Part shown: piece by piece, positions 11,138 through 25,150 of the stretch | How the letters are laid out: each line of letters starts with the position of its first letter | Numbering within the stretch: position 1 is the first letter of the stretch | Assembly: GCF_018350175.1 (NCBI RefSeq) | Contig: NC_058368.1 | Span: forward strand, 54,190,001-54,254,000 | DNA from: Felis catus | Taxonomy: Eukaryota | Length of the DNA: 64,000 bases | Direction: 5' to 3' | Translations under genes and position numbers: made by a program | Notes under the pieces: model-generated | The model's database searches: none | The model's input: the letters and a program-made list of their open reading frames with translations, nothing else | What the model was told of the DNA's origin: nothing

Positions 11138-13931
11138 GAATAATAAGATATTTATAAGAATGTTAAAAATTAAACATGATGAAAATATGTTGATCCTTAC
11201 AAACGGTCTTGTTAAAAGGGAAAAAAGAACCAAAAATTGAACTTTCATGGAAGAGGATCTTCTGGAATGTGTATTAGCTTCAGAAATGCTGTATACCTTC
11301 ATTGTATTGGTAAAGAGGACCAATAACGATAGTTTTTCAAAGTCTTTATTGGGAGTGTAATGGCAGTGGATTTGAACGATTAATTTTTCAAAGAATATTT
11401 TTTGGGTGGATTTCATCTACTAAGCAGTGTTAGGCACTGAGTTTATGAAGTTGAATGAGGTGACAGGGAAGGGACCTTTAAGTGACATGAATGAATGAAG
11501 TGTTGAGTATTTCCATGGGACATGCTGTTTTTCCCTTCTCTTCACTTCTATTAACATGTACTTCCTCTCTGTTAGCACACAGTCTCTCACTATGGTGATT
11601 TGGAGGGCAGAGGGCATTTGTGACCAGTGTGGTGATCATAAAGCACTACTTGAAACAAATAGAATTACACATCCCAGAAGATCCTTTTCCCTGAAGGTCC
11701 GCATTATATCTCCTTTCATCGCAAGTAAATAAATCTATAGAGCAAAGAAGTCAACCTGGAAGTGAATCCATCAACCAGCTATTTACTTATCTGATCTTGC
11801 TAGTTGCTATTCCTCATACTGACTCATCTATTTTCTTACCAGATTTATGTGGCTAAAGGATCAAGAACATATCCATGTGGATGGCTTATTTTAGCCATGC
11901 AAAATTTCAGTTCTTCTTGAGCTCCTATTGTTTTATGCTGATTTTATATCAGCTTATGAAGTTATTTGGTGAACTCTAACACTGTAGTACTCTTTGAACA
12001 CAAAAAGCTGTTGTCTCTAGTAGATTTTTCATTTCTAATACAATATGTAAACAATCTTTATTTTTGGCTTTTTAAACAGTGCTATTACAAATTGCAGCTT
12101 GTATTTCTGATTCCTTTCCTCAAATAAATCTTTGAAAATAAATCAGTGTGCTATTTCCCAAACTTACATCATACAACCCTGACATTTGAATCATTGCAAA
12201 AATGTGTCTTGGAAATATTTCCAGTGTCTTGTTAGTCAAAGTTTCATAACCTAATCCGTACATGGGCAATTGCTAACTTGTTTGCATCTTTGCCTGTTTA
12301 TAATTATAACAAAAAAAATTTTTAAGATTCTCTGGTCTGCTCTCTTCTACCAAATGAAAGAAAGAAGTAAACATGCTGTAACACATAAAGATATGAGGAT
12401 GTAAATATGCTATGGAATGCTTTGATTATTATGTGCCTCAGGACCAACCTTTTTCCCCTTCAGGGTCTTTTGGGAAAGCAGTGGATACCAGATAGCACCA
12501 AAGAAGGTTTTTTTCCCCCTTTTTCATGACTATATTGTTCCTCGTTTCCCTCTTTCAGCATTAAATTTTCTACCCAGTAGCTTCTAACCCTCCTTCTCGC
12601 CACATCTATAATTAGTATAATTTGGGAATCCTGGTTTCTGCTCTGTTTTGACTCTATTCCATATTTTGCTCCTCTTACCTTTCTTCCTCAAGATCTTTAG
12701 TGCTACATTTTATTCTCATTTGCCTTCTCATGGCCAGTCTTTTTCTGTTGTCAGTGCAGGTGTTTTCTCATCCATTTCCTTCCTTGGTATTTCTCCACAG
12801 AATCATCATAACATGCATTTGAAATACAAAGTAACTATTATTCTCATACGAGGCATTGCATATAAAGGACGTAAGGACAATGACTTGGGTGGTGTTACGA
12901 CCATGACAGGCCCAGGTTGCGGTTTAGAGCTCAAGTCCAACTCTTAGTCTGCGCTGTCTCATTTAGGCTGCAGTTTCCCTTTCTATGAAAGAGTGAGCCA
13001 TGACATTTTGACCCCCAACTGTAATTTATTTTGCCTTTATATAAATTCATATCAGCAACCTCCAGCCATAGAGTTAGTAAAACGTTAACATTTTCTTCAG
13101 GGCTTCCCATTGTAAGTAATATTTTACCACGTGACACTTCTCTGAAGAAAGCAGAGAAAGCCATAGTACACTGGTTCAGGCCTGCTTGACTCAGAAAATT
13201 TCTGCAGATTAGATAGATGATGTGCATAACCTCAGAGTATCTTTTCTAAGAAGTAGCATATCACAACTGATTATTAGTCCTCAGGTATAGAGTCTTCCTA
13301 GGAATCAAATTGCTCCCAATTTGTTGGATTTCATTCTTTCAGTAATCAAGAATGTTCTCTTTTTTTTTTGTCCCCCAGAATCATCTGATGCCCAAGAAAT
13401 CTTGGAGGGTTATCATTGGATTTTGATGGATTTAGAAGCTCACTGATTTTTTCATAAAGCCTCAGACAAGTTTAAAAATAGTACACACTTGGTTAGTAAA
13501 ACTGCACAGAGGAAAGGGCATATGGTTATATCAGTTAGTGGGTTTTATGAATAGCATTCATGTATATATAGTTTTTACTTAACAAGGGGTTATAATTTCT
13601 ATACACATAGATACATCCTGAACCAGGCACATTTTGAGCATTATGTTTCCCCTCCTGGAGAATATAATGTCACATGAAACCATGGGAACAAAATAGAATT
13701 GACTTACAATTTTAGCAGCTAATTCCTTAATATATTCCTGATGTTTGATTTCCAGAAAGTCATTAAGCTGTCTGGACAGAATAGGATTACTGATCACCTG
13801 TATTTGGGGGAGTTGAATTCCTTATTTTAACCAAAAAAAATGTGATTCTCCCTTTTCTCTTGAGACATTGCAAGAAAGATACCATTGCAAGTATATGGCA
13901 GGATGATTTCAAACTGATTTTTGCTCTTATT

Positions 13932-13945
13932 TCTTAAATGTTTGT

Positions 13946-13992
<47 letters not shown>

Positions 13993-14145
13993 TTTGAGAG
14001 AGGCAGAGAGAGAGGGAGACAGAGGGTCAAAGCAGGCTCTGCATTGACAGCAGAGAGCCTGATGTGGGTCTTGAACTCATGAATCATGAGCTCATGACCT
14101 GAGCCAAAGTTAACTGCTTAACTGACTGAGCCACCCAGGCACTCC
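13932..14145 (-). mobile_element. CanSINE (SINEC_Fc) with (TTTA)n tail expansion
   Basis: Antisense SINE head at 14120-14145; (TTTA)n ~13945-13995; degenerate TSD TTTTGCTCTTATTT / TTTTGCTTTTTATTT. Confidence 0.93.
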
Positions 14146-14436
14146 TAAGTTTTGCTTTTTATTTGACTATAATCAAACTGACAAATAATTCATTTGAGGT
14201 GGTGGAACTTGTGGCCATTGAACAAAACTGTTCTATGTTACTGCAAGAAACCAGGTGGCTGGCTTCGCCCTGTCCCACAGCACCTTTGGTACTATTGATC
14301 CTTTTCTCCTTTTCTGAGGCATTCCAGCTCCAGCATACCTAATTTGCTTCAAGTACAAAAATTAAATGTTTACCTATCTAGCTAATGGCCTAAAATTGTG
14401 TGTGCATGTGTGTGTATTGTTATGCATGTTGAGTGA

Positions 14437-14439
<3 letters not shown>

Positions 14440-14482
<43 letters not shown>
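14440..14482. repeat. (TG)n microsatellite
   Basis: About 21 TG units. Confidence 0.95.
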
Positions 14483-14486
<4 letters not shown>

Positions 14487-14599
14487 CACTCATAGACTAA
14501 TTTTTCTGTGGTCTCAGCACAGCTCTTTTAAGTAATAAAATCATAACATTCCAGGTAATTCCATTCTCCTGTGTTTCTGGCACAGAGCAATAACTGTTG

Positions 14600-15370
14600 G
14601 TTTTTGAGGAGGACAGACCTGGGTCTAGATCCCATCTTCAGCACTTATAAATTAGATATCTTTAGGCAAGTGTGATGGTTAATTTTATGTGTCAACTTCA
14701 CTGGGTCATGGGGTACCCATATATTTGATCAAATACTATTCTGGATGTTTCTGTGAGAGTAGTTTTGGATGAGTTTGACATTTCAATAGACTGAGTAGAG
14801 GAGATTGCTCTCTCTAATCTGGGTGGATTTCAATCAAATCACTTGAAGGTCTGAATTGGACCAAAAGACTTATCTGCCCCCAAATAAGAGGGAATTCCTT
14901 CTTTTGACTGCTTTAGGGCTCAGATATTGTTTTTTTTCTGCCGTCAGATTTGAACTGAAACATTGGCTCTTCTTGGGTCTTGAGACTGTAGACATTTGGA
15001 CTAGAATTATGCTATTGGCTCTCTTGGGTCTCCAAGTGGCTGACTGCACATCTTAGGACTTGTTGACTTATTTAAACATGTGAGGTAATTCTCTATAATA
15101 AATCTCTTTCCATATATATTTTTTATGTAGGATATATATACATATCTATATATCTATATATCTATATTTCTATATATCTCCTATTGTTTCTATTTCTCTG
15201 GAGAACTCTGACTCATGTGGCAGGTGACCCAATCTTTTGCAGCCTTGATTTTGTTAGATATAAGGGGGGGAAATATTACCCATTTTTAAGGTTGTTGTAA
15301 GGTTAATGAGATCAGGATGACAAAATATCTTGCACAAAGTAGGTATTTATTAAACGACAACTGTGTTATT
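14600..15370 (+). mobile_element. MIR split by an MLT2 LTR (MIR parts ~14600-14670 and 15220-15370)
   Basis: GACAGACCTGGGTCTAGATCCC...GGCAAG on the left resumes as GCAGGTGACCCAATC...AGGTTGTTGTAAGGTTAATGAGAT on the right. Confidence 0.7.
14671..15219 (+). mobile_element. MLT2 (ERV-L) solo LTR
   Basis: Starts TGTGATGGTTAATTTTATGTGTCAACTT; ends CTATTGTTTCTATTTCTCTGGAGAACTCTGACT; internal (TA)-rich tract; 5-bp TSD GCAAG/GCAGG. Confidence 0.92.
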
Positions 15371-15967
15371 ATAATGCTTATTTTTCACAGCACAGAACCT
15401 TTCTTAAGGCCCCAATCTTGAAGGAAACAGTTCTAGTTCAATTATTTTCTTCTTTCAACTTTTCTTTTCAACTGCAGGGAGATAAGGCTTCCTGCAGTTA
15501 ACTTCCTTTTGAATTCTGGCAAAGTACTGTTTATATTCTACTGTCACCTCCTTCAAAATTCCAGCCCCCCCCCCGAAAAAAAATTCCTGGCCAAAATTGT
15601 TTCTTACAAAATTCTGTAACTCAGCAAAGCAGCTAATGATACTCTTGAGTCTCATTTTCTGTCTCCCCAGGCTCCAACTGCTTTTGACCATACCACTCAG
15701 GATTAAGGCATCTGGACTTCCCTGTATGTGACAGATGTCCCTTGGGCCTGGACAACAGAAGAAGTTGCCATGAGATTTTGGGCCTTCTGGCTTGAGCTCA
15801 GGATCTAGGAATGTGGTTAGAAGAGGTATGTTGGGTGAGAGATTTGGGGTCAGATGTATCATGTCAAATACTCAAGTAGAGGGCTATGCTCTGAGTCCCT
15901 CTGAGGTGTGCTCTTTTTCTCTGTAATGTTTACTTCTCTCCCCTCCCTGATCACCCCTTCCTCATCC

Positions 15968-15969
<2 letters not shown>

Positions 15970-16019
<50 letters not shown>
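15970..16019. repeat. (CA)n microsatellite
   Basis: About 24 CA units with one interruption. Confidence 0.95.
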
Positions 16020-16089
16020 ATGTTTGTATTCTTCCACCTTTTCTGTGGCTTGACTTGGTATGTGTGTGTGCAGTAATACTGTGCTTACA

Positions 16090-16265
16090 AGGTGTGACTG
16101 GGCAAGTACTCAACCTCTCTGCTTTCATTTCCTCAACTTTAAAGTGGTGCAAGTAACACCTACACCTGGGATTGTGGGGAAATTAAATAATACAATGTAT
16201 ACAAAGTATCTTGTATTCTGACTAGTACGTAGTAGGTGTACCATAAATTATAATTATTGCTGTTA
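16090..16265 (+). mobile_element. MIR
   Basis: GTGTGACTGGGCAAGTACTCAACCTCTCTGCTTTCATTTCCTCAACTTTAAAGTGG core and 3' AGTAGGTG. Confidence 0.75.
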
Positions 16266-16676
16266 TGTGATTCAGATAGAATAGGCTCTGAGTACCAGGG
16301 CGAGAGCACAGAGGGGAGACTAGGTCAGAGAGATGTAGGGCGATGCAAACTTGTCAAATTAATGTGGGCAAAAACTATAGCTGAAGTAGAGGGTACTTTC
16401 ATACATCAAAAAAGTGTGTGCTGCTAAATCCATTTATCTATATATCAATTTAAAGACCAAATCAAGGTTAGAGATTGGGCTGTATGGCCAATAGAGGCTG
16501 TATGCCTCTATAGAGGCAGCAGGCAAAAATAAGCACTAGAGACAGTTTGTAGGAATCCATAATGGCTAAGAGGAAGCAGAGAGAATCATAGTTCAGGTAT
16601 GGCAAGATTGGGTTAAACTGTGTGCAGAGCCCTGAAGGATGACAGGCTGGCAAACTTGCAAACTGTCAACAGCCAG

Positions 16677-17721
16677 GTGTGAGGAGATACCTACTGTGAT
16701 TTTGATTTGCATTTTCCTGATGATTAGTGATGTTGAGCACCTTGTCGTGTACCTGTTAGCCGTTTGTATGTCTTCTTTGGAAACATGTCAGTTCCCTTGC
16801 CCACTTTTTAATAGGATTGTTTGTTTTTGTTTTTGCTGTTGGGTTGTATGAATTCCTTATATATTTTGGATATTAGCCCTTTATCAGATGTATGATTTGT
16901 AATTATTTGCTCCCATTCCATAGGCTCCTTTTTCATTTCATTGATTGTTTCTTCTGCTGTGAGAGGCTTTTAGTTTGATGTAGTCCTGTGTGTTGATTTT
17001 TGCTGTTTTTGCTTGTGCTTTTGGTATCATATCAAAAACTCCTTGCCAAGACCAACGTTAAGGAACATTTTCCCTATGGTTTCTTCTAGGAGTTTTATAG
17101 TTTTAGATTTTATCCTTAAGTCCTGAATCCATTTTGAGTTAATTTTGTGAGTGGTGTGAGAAAGAGGTCCAACTTCATTTTATGCGTGTATTTATCCATT
17201 TTCCCCAACATGATTTATTGCAGGGACCATTATTTCACCATTGAGTATTCTTGGCTCCCTTGTCAAATACTTAGCTTTTGACATGCAGGTGGTTATTTCT
17301 GGACTCCCCATTCTTTTCCATTGGTCTCTGTGTTTCTGTTTTTATGCCAGTACTATACTGTTTTGATTACAGTGGTTTTGAAATTAGGAAGTGTGATGTT
17401 TCCTGCTTTGTTCTTCTTTCTTAGAATTGTAGGGAGATGTTAATCAAAGGGTACAAACTTGCATTTAGAAGATGAATAAATTCTGGATTGTGATTATAGT
17501 TAATAATACTATATGCATATTTCAAAGTTTCTAAGAGACTAGATTCTAAATGTTCTCACCACAAGAAAGAAATGAAAATGATATCATATGATATGCTGGA
17601 AGTGTTAGCTAATGTTATGGTGGTAATTATATATATTGCAATATATAAATGTTTGAAATTGACATGTTGTGCTCCTTAAACTAGTCAAGGCTGTATGACA
17701 ATTACAGCTCAATAAAAAGAA
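16677..17721 (+). mobile_element. 5'-inverted, truncated L1 (L1MA9/L1_Carn-like): antisense ORF2 end 16677-17429, sense 3' UTR 17430-17721
   Basis: Antisense L1 text TTTGATTTGCATTTTCCTGATGATTAGTGATGTTGAGCA...; sense 3' end GGAGATGTTAATCAAAGGGTACAAAC...CTCAATAAAAAG; TSD AAACTGTCAACAGCCAG 16660-16676 / AAATTGTCACAGTCAG 17722-17737. Confidence 0.88.
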
Positions 17722-17799
17722 AAATTGTCACAGTCAGAGTAGGGAGGACCATGGGTGCTCAGGCATTGACCACCTGTCTTCTTCCTTTGTGGTGGCACC

Positions 17800-17945
17800 C
17801 ATTTAGTAAGGGTGGAGATGGTTGACTGTTATGTGTGGGGACCAACCAGGTTTTCTGGACCACACAGCTAGCCAGAGAATTAGAATTTGATCCCAGAACT
17901 TTCAAACACCAGCTGTTTTGCAGAGCAAGGTTTTCACCACATCCC
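17800..17945 (-). mobile_element. MIR fragment
   Basis: GGACCACACAGCTAGCCAGAGAATTAGAATTTGATCCCAG resembles antisense MIR. Confidence 0.5.
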
Positions 17946-17964
17946 ACATTCCTATAGTGCACAC

Positions 17965-18480
17965 TTGCTGAGGAATCTTCAGGAAAGAGGAGATACTTGA
18001 ACTAACTTTTGAACAGCATTCTCAACAAAGAGCTCTAATTAGGAAAGCACAGCATGTTTAGAGAAGTTAGAGCAGAAGGTGTCTGAGTGTAGGCACAAAG
18101 TGGGCATGATAATGGAAAAGGAGCTTTGAAAAGAGTGCAACTTAAAACTAATAAATAGAAGTGTTGCCCTGTAGTCCTGGAGTTACTGAGGAGATCATTA
18201 GAATATGTTAAGCAGAATGACATGATGAGATTTGTGTTTGAATGAGTAGTGAGCGAATTGGAAGGGATTTAAGCTGGACACTAGTAGATCAATTAGGAAA
18301 CATTTCAATAAATGGTAAGAAATGGTAACAAATCCAATTGAGGAAATGTTTGTGATGGAGAACAGGGGATGGCTCTGACAGATATTAAGGACATCCAATG
18401 TAGGGCAAATGAGTGAGAGGGAAGAGTCATTAAATGAGTTAATAAACACAGGAAAAGAAGTGGCTTCTGCTACCAAAGGT
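17965..18480 (-). mobile_element. L2 fragment
   Basis: Antisense L2 text (AGCAGAATGACATGATGAGATTTGTGTTT...GCTGGACACTAGTAGATCAATTAGGAAAC). Confidence 0.6.
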
Positions 18481-20924
18481 TTTCCATTTGGCTTGAAACC
18501 CTGCTGCAGGAGAGTTTTGGCAGATAATGTGCACCTTGCTAGAACTTAGCCTGCTACATAGATTTCTAGAAGTAATCCAGTTCTTGGATGTGAAGGAGAG
18601 GAATATCATCAGATCTTATTGAATAGGGGTGTATTTGTCTTTGTAATCCTCTTGCACTTGAATTATACAGTCTCTGAGTCACTGCTAGATATAGAGAGAG
18701 TTGAACTCTAAAGCTATATTTGGTTCAAATTCATTGTTTTACAATGGATCATTTTTTTCCCTGATATTGAAGATGACAGCTTCATTTAAAAATACTATGG
18801 CTAATCAAATACACAGACCATTCCAGCGTATTGTGGCGTGCCTATAGGTACCTGCTCAGTTTACATGTTCTATACATACTCTTTAAGAAAACAGCTCCAT
18901 CTGCCATGATACACCCAGGAAAACTAATTATTTTTGAAGGTGTTGAAATGAATATATATTTAGCTTTATCTTAGTATGTGTTTATGACTAAATGCTATTG
19001 AGCATTAAGAGGTAAAACCCTTTATGACCTTTTTTAAAAAATATAATACAGCATGATATCAAACTTAATACCCTAATTGCAAGCTAACAAGAGATGCTTT
19101 TACAATTACTTTAATGTTTGCAAGGTTATGACTCACAAAGAAATTACTTTCACGGTTGGGTTGTGTTTATACAAGACAAGGTGTGAATTTTAAAAATGGA
19201 TCAACAAGATGGGACAGATTTAAGTGTGGACATATTTATGTAACATGTTTAAATACGGGAGTAGAGAAGCAGAAAAACAAATACCTCTTTTGGCATGTTC
19301 AATACTTAAGGAAGAATTTGTGCACTATTAATAAACATTTATGAATATTGAATGAAAAATGGTATCAGGAAGGGTATTGGGAAAAAATTCTTTAGTTAGG
19401 GTAAATTGAAAGCTAGTGACACTTCAATCCTTAAGATAATATGTAATAATGCCACCTGCAAATCCTTCACTGTCAACAAATGGAATGCAAACTCATTCTA
19501 AATGGCAGGCCACTCAACAGTGGCTAATGAAATTAAACCAATAATGGCAGTATGAATGTGTAAAAAAAAGGAAATAGACCATCCAAGAAATTAAAATGGA
19601 AGATTATTATTCTTTCACATCTAGAAATACACCTCATTCACAGGTGATATGCTAGCTCACTCTGGTAATTGTCATCCAGACGTTTTATTCTATGCTGATT
19701 TCCTCTTTTGCAAATGTAGCCCTGCTGTTGTTATGCACTTTACCCACATCTGAGTCCTGTATCCCTCAGATTGATTGTAAGAACTGCCTAATGCAGTTCT
19801 TACATACAATAGGTTCTCTGATGTGTTGCCAAGGTCTTAAATAACTCTTCTCAGAACACTTAACAGGGGTCAAAAACTTGAGTCTTCTCTGTGGTTCTGA
19901 AACCAAGGGTCTTTTAACCAACTCTGCCCATGGGTAAGGCCAGTCTGCTCAAATGCAATCTCTGAGCAAGTTCAGAATTGTGCAGTGAGTAGAATGCTAT
20001 GCATTACCATTTATATTAAGCTAAATTGGTCTTATTAAGAGATTAACTGTAGGACAAAAAATAATTCCTAGAAGCTTAAGAATTCTATTTAAAAATGTAT
20101 CTCAAAGGAGGAGACTAGAAAAAAAATAATCATCCACTAATAAGTAATTTAGGTGGGGGGGGGGGTTATATAACAAAGGAACCCAGATATAATATATAAA
20201 TATGTATCCTAGTAAACATTTCTAACTCTGTGTGTGTATGCATTTCCTATACCATATATATTATTATTATGCCTGTGTTTAATTCTAGCATTCTACATGG
20301 ACAAAATCAACTAGATGCCTACATCACATTCCACTTTCTTGACACTTTCTGTCACTAATAATTAGGGAATGATATCAAATTGTTTGTCACAGGTTCAAAT
20401 CTTGATCCAGAATTTCTGTGATTCCAACTCTATTGTTAGGTAATTGTCAGCATCTTTTAGGGAGATTTTATAATAAAGAGAACAATTTCTTCTTTGTCAG
20501 AAATACTTAGCAAAGGATTGTGATACAAATTCTTTTGCCCTGGGCTTATTGGCATCCTTTGAACTCCCTGTTATTCTTGTGGGATTCCCAGAGACAATCA
20601 TTCTTCCTTCCTCCTTTGGCTTAGAGCTACTTCTCTCAGCATTTCTAGAGCACCTAATATCAGTGCTCTCAGGTATAGAATCACAAGCTTCTTTCAAGGA
20701 CTATTCCACAGAAAAATTTCTAGGAATCCTTGGAGATTGTCTACAGAGTATACATTTTCCTGATGACTGCAGAATGTTATCCAAGTGATCTCAAATGATC
20801 TTCACAGGGGCTGCATTGCAAAGCTCTGCAAAATAGAAGTGTCCAAACCCTGTACCCATACTTCATAAGAATCCTGATACATTTTTCATATGTCCCTGCC
20901 AAAAATCTGTGAGATATTATGAAC

Positions 20925-21690
20925 ATCACCTTCTTTCTCTCCTATTTCCACATATTCAGTTCTATGAATTCCACCTACACAGCGCTCTCTTGAATCTCTT
21001 CATCCCAAACATCTTCACCATAGCTGATTCACTTCTCATGTGAATACTGTAAAATCCTCCTCTTTGATTTTCCCACATGTACCACTGATGCCCTCTGATT
21101 AGTCTTCATACAATACTCAAGATATCTTTACACTTACCATATTCTTTTTATAGTTAAAACCCTTCCAATGACTTGACTGTTTCTTAGCTCCAAAATCCTT
21201 AATGTGGTCTATAGAGCCCTATCTGATCTAAGACCTGCCTGTCTTAATAACTTCATTTCTCACAATGCTCTCTCTTGAGCTATGATCTCTGGTCTTCTTC
21301 CAATATTGTTTTCTTGTCTGCCTCAGGACCTTCGCACATGCTCTTCCCTCTTTGGGAAATACTTTTCTGCAACTCTCTATTCACTTCTTTATACAGTTAC
21401 TCCTACTAATCCTTCACATTTTAACTTAAATATCACTTCTTCAGAGAATCCTTCACTGACCCCAGTTCACACCTTCAAAATAGGTAAGATCAATTATTTA
21501 CTCTCAGCACAAGATTCATCACTAACCAATCATCACTGACATTAATAGTTCAATACTTATATTCTCCTTTAGACTTTAAGCTTCAAATGAGCATGGACTA
21601 TATCTTGATCCTGTTTACAATGTCTATACTACCATTTTCTCTATGCTTAGCTTGGAGTATTGCATCCTCTAGGTGCTCAATTAATGTTTA
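20925..21690 (+). mobile_element. L2 3' region
   Basis: CTGCCTCAGGACCTTCGCACATGCTCTTCCCTCT, AAATATCACTTCTTCAGAGAATCCTTC, TAGACTTTAAGCTTC, TAGGTGCTCAATTAATGTT are L2 3' landmarks. Confidence 0.8.
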
Positions 21691-22002
21691 TCTATCCCTT
21701 ACTAGGTGTCTCTGGAAGTGCCTGCATAGACTTTAGTTCAATAAAGTAATCTTGAACAATTACTCTATTAAACTGATTATACTATTAAGACTTTGGGATA
21801 TATGAACAATTCCAATTTTTCCCTTATTTTTTGGTATGGGTAAAATTGTTCACATAAATAGCTTGTTTCTGGAAAATTATGTCTTTTTCTTTTAATCTCA
21901 TATGTTAGCTGCATAATAGATATAGTTGGTTAATTAACAAATGCTTAAGAGGGCTTTCCACTGCCCTAATTCTTTGACTTCTTCAGTATCTCTGGGGATT
22001 TA

Positions 22003-22176
22003 TTTGTTATTTTTTAATTTTAGAGAGAGAGCAAGGAGGGGCAGAGAGAGAAGGAGAGAGAGAATCTTAAGCAGGCTCGGCATTTTCAGCATGGAGCCAG
22101 ACATGGGGCTGGATCTCATGACCTTGAGATCATGACCTGAGCAGAAGTCAAGAGTTCTGAGTCACCCAGGCCCTCC
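22003..22176 (-). mobile_element. CanSINE (older carnivore/felid type)
   Basis: Antisense SINE; perfect 15-bp TSD ATCTCTGGGGATTTA 21988-22002 / 22177-22191. Confidence 0.92.
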
Positions 22177-22899
22177 ATCTCTGGGGATTTAGAGCTATTT
22201 CATTTGATTGCTTTCTTGGTTTAATATTAATATCTGAAGTTAAAAATTAGTTATAGGTCCAAAACTATGTTTTTTGTCTTATCTATGGCTGAAGTTTAAC
22301 CTATTTACTAATGGTGATGTTTCTATAATCTCTTTTTGGGTTTGGAATATGTATATAATTTTTTAAGCCATGTCACATAGTCTGAAAGGGAGTCTATAGG
22401 ATGAAAGAAAAGCCAGAAGAATCACATCTGCTCTTGCAGATGGTAGTAAGTCATACTTACTACCTGCATGTTGATTATACTGATACCAAGACACGTTTGG
22501 ACCTGCACACAAGACTGGATTTTTATAAACAGTTACTGCTAATTGGATTATTCCCATATTTCTTTTTGAACTATATAAGGGAAACTCAGAAATATGTCTT
22601 ATTTCTCTTTTCTTCATATCATCTTTCAAAGTTTCAAATGAACAAAGGCTTAATAATGAGAATAATTTATTTATATATTAACACATGAGTACTCATTCAA
22701 AATGAAATAAAGATGAATACATCTTGAAATTTTTTATTCTGGATTTCATTTTATTTTCAGCCTCTCAACATATGGATGTTGAAATCTGTGCTTGGGTATA
22801 GACTTAGTGCTTCTTTTTGAAAAATATGTGATCTTTGGGCTAAGTCTGACAATGATTTATTTCTCTGGCTTAAACCTAAGAAGTCTTCTCCAGTTACTC

Positions 22900-23947
22900 A
22901 TTTTATTTTTTAATGTAATTAAAAAATATTTAATCCACTCATATATTCAGTATGTTCTCATTGCAAAATATGTAAGCAAGACAGGTAAAGCAAAAGTCAT
23001 TTTTGATAGCCCTATCTACCTTCTACCATTTTCTTTCCCAACACTGACCATGATTAGATGTTTGATATATACTTTTGTTAAACTTCAAAATGTATTTCAT
23101 ACACATATGTGCATACAAAACAAAAGAAATTGACAATTTTAAAACACATAAACAGTATCATATGTATTAACATGTAATGTTCTCCTGATAGGATAGTGTC
23201 TCCTGAAGGTTGTTAAATGTCTTCACATCCTATAAAATACCGCTTGGTTTTCAACAGCCTGATCATTCAATTGTTGATAGACATTTACATCTCTTTACAT
23301 TTTATGTTAGTCCAAACTCATTACACAGAAAACCTTGTTCATGCCTTTGGCTTTTCATGAATATATCAGAATATTACAAGGTAAAAGGAAACCTGTGTTT
23401 TTAAGTTTTATTAATACAGACAAATACCGTTCATATAGTCTCTGACAGTTTACATTTTCAATCAGAGTTTATAAGAATATCTCTTTACACGTATTCATTG
23501 ATATTCGTATTTTTAAAATATTATTCCCAATGTAATGAGTGAAAAATGGTATGTATTTTATTTTCATTTTCTTTGTTCTTAGTTAATATTCTTTGATAGG
23601 TTTATTGCCATTTTTATTTCCTCTTCTGTTTATTTCCATGCACAATTTTTTTTCTGTTGGGTTTGGTTAATTCCTTTAAAAAAATTGAATTAGAGGAATT
23701 ATTGAGGTATTTTGGATATTATTTATATTTAAAATATTTTTCTTTCATTGTTTACTTCTAAAAAAATTTCTTATTTTTTATTCAGAAGTTTTTATAATGT
23801 GGTAAACTTAACAATTTCTTCCTTGTGTCTCTATGTTTTGTGTTGTAATTAGGTTTTGTTCTCTTTCCAAAGTTACAATAATGTCAACTTATACAATCTT
23901 TTCCTACTTTAATTTTGTTTTTATTAAGTTTTATTTTATTTATTTAT

Positions 23948-24029
<82 letters not shown>

Positions 24030-24275
24030 TACAGGCAGAGAAAAGGGAGAGCCTGACAAGGGGCTTGAACTCATGAATGGTGAGATCATGACCTGAGCCA
24101 AAATCAAGAGTCAATGCTTAACCAACTGAGCCACTCAGGTTCCCTAATTTTGATTTTCATATTTGTTTGCTATAACTTATCTATATCTGCATGAATAATA
24201 TGAGGTAGGACCCTAGTCTAATTTTTTTTTTAACTGGATACATCTTCCAATTTTTTCAACAGACTGTGGAATAGC
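22900..24275 (-). mobile_element. Old L1 (L1ME-like) 3' region, interrupted by a SINE
   Basis: T-rich antisense L1 landmarks (TTGATAGACATTTA, ATAGGTTTATTGCCATTTTTATTTCCTCTTCTG, TGAGGTAGGAC). Confidence 0.55.
23923..24144 (-). mobile_element. CanSINE with compound (TG)n(GA)n microsatellite (~23957-24026)
   Basis: Antisense head ACTGAGCCACTCAGGTTCCC; TSD TAATTTTGTTTTT / TAATTTTGATTTT. Confidence 0.9.
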
Positions 24276-25029
24276 GAATGTGAAGGACTTAGTATGACAT
24301 CATCAGTTATTTTATTATAGTTTAAGCATGATTTTAAATATTATCAACTTATACTATATGTAAACTTAAAGCTTTCCAGATCTTGTCAAGTTAATTTAGG
24401 TATCTTTCAATAGTATGTGTTTGAATGATCTAAAATATTTATTTTATTACCTATAGTAGTTTACTTTGAAATTTAATAAAAAGAAAGAAAATTTTTATCT
24501 TAACGATTTTTAATAGTCTAAGATCTACCCTGTGAACAAAAATCGGGTTGGCACTGTAGGTGATGGAACAATTTACCAGCTCTTGAGGCTTTAAAAAGCC
24601 TGACAGCTGACGAACAGGCATGTTACAGGTGATCTCCAGGGAGAAAGTGATATGGAGGAAGGTCACTAATGATTTAAGGAGAGTTGATGATGATAGTTCA
24701 TAAAAGGGATAGGAGCTGGATATATGATACAATGGAAAATTTGTATGCTAGTGCAGTATAGATGTATTTGTCATGATTAACCACAATTGCTGATGGGAAA
24801 GTTTCTATGTTACTTCTCTGCCTTATTGAATCTTTCTCCCTTCAGTTAAAAAAGCAATTGCTATTAGTCTGCATTTCAAGAGATATTATAGTAGCAGGGG
24901 TGAGAAATAAGCAGAAACAGAAGATAGTGATTTGAGATGGAAGTTGTATGCACAAAAAGCATGGAAGATAGGAGTTGAGATATAGTCCTTTTACTGTGTG
25001 AAGGGATAGTAGGGAAGGGTTATTAGTTT

Positions 25030-25150
25030 GTTTGTCCTGTTTGATACTTAAGACTCTGAAAGATGAAGTGATTTACTTTCAGGTCATACTATTAGTGGTA
25101 AAACTGGATCTATGGACTTCCCTTTTCATTTCCCTTTCCACACTGCCAGC
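25030..25150 (-). mobile_element. MIR fragment
   Basis: AAAGATGAAGTGATTTACTTTCAGGTCATACTATTAGTGG resembles antisense MIR core. Confidence 0.45.

Noticed and set aside
11575..11730. Possible plus-strand exon after a polypyrimidine tract (also near 13379, 15671, 63258)
   Set aside because: No recognisable protein, stops in most frames and no consistent exon chain.
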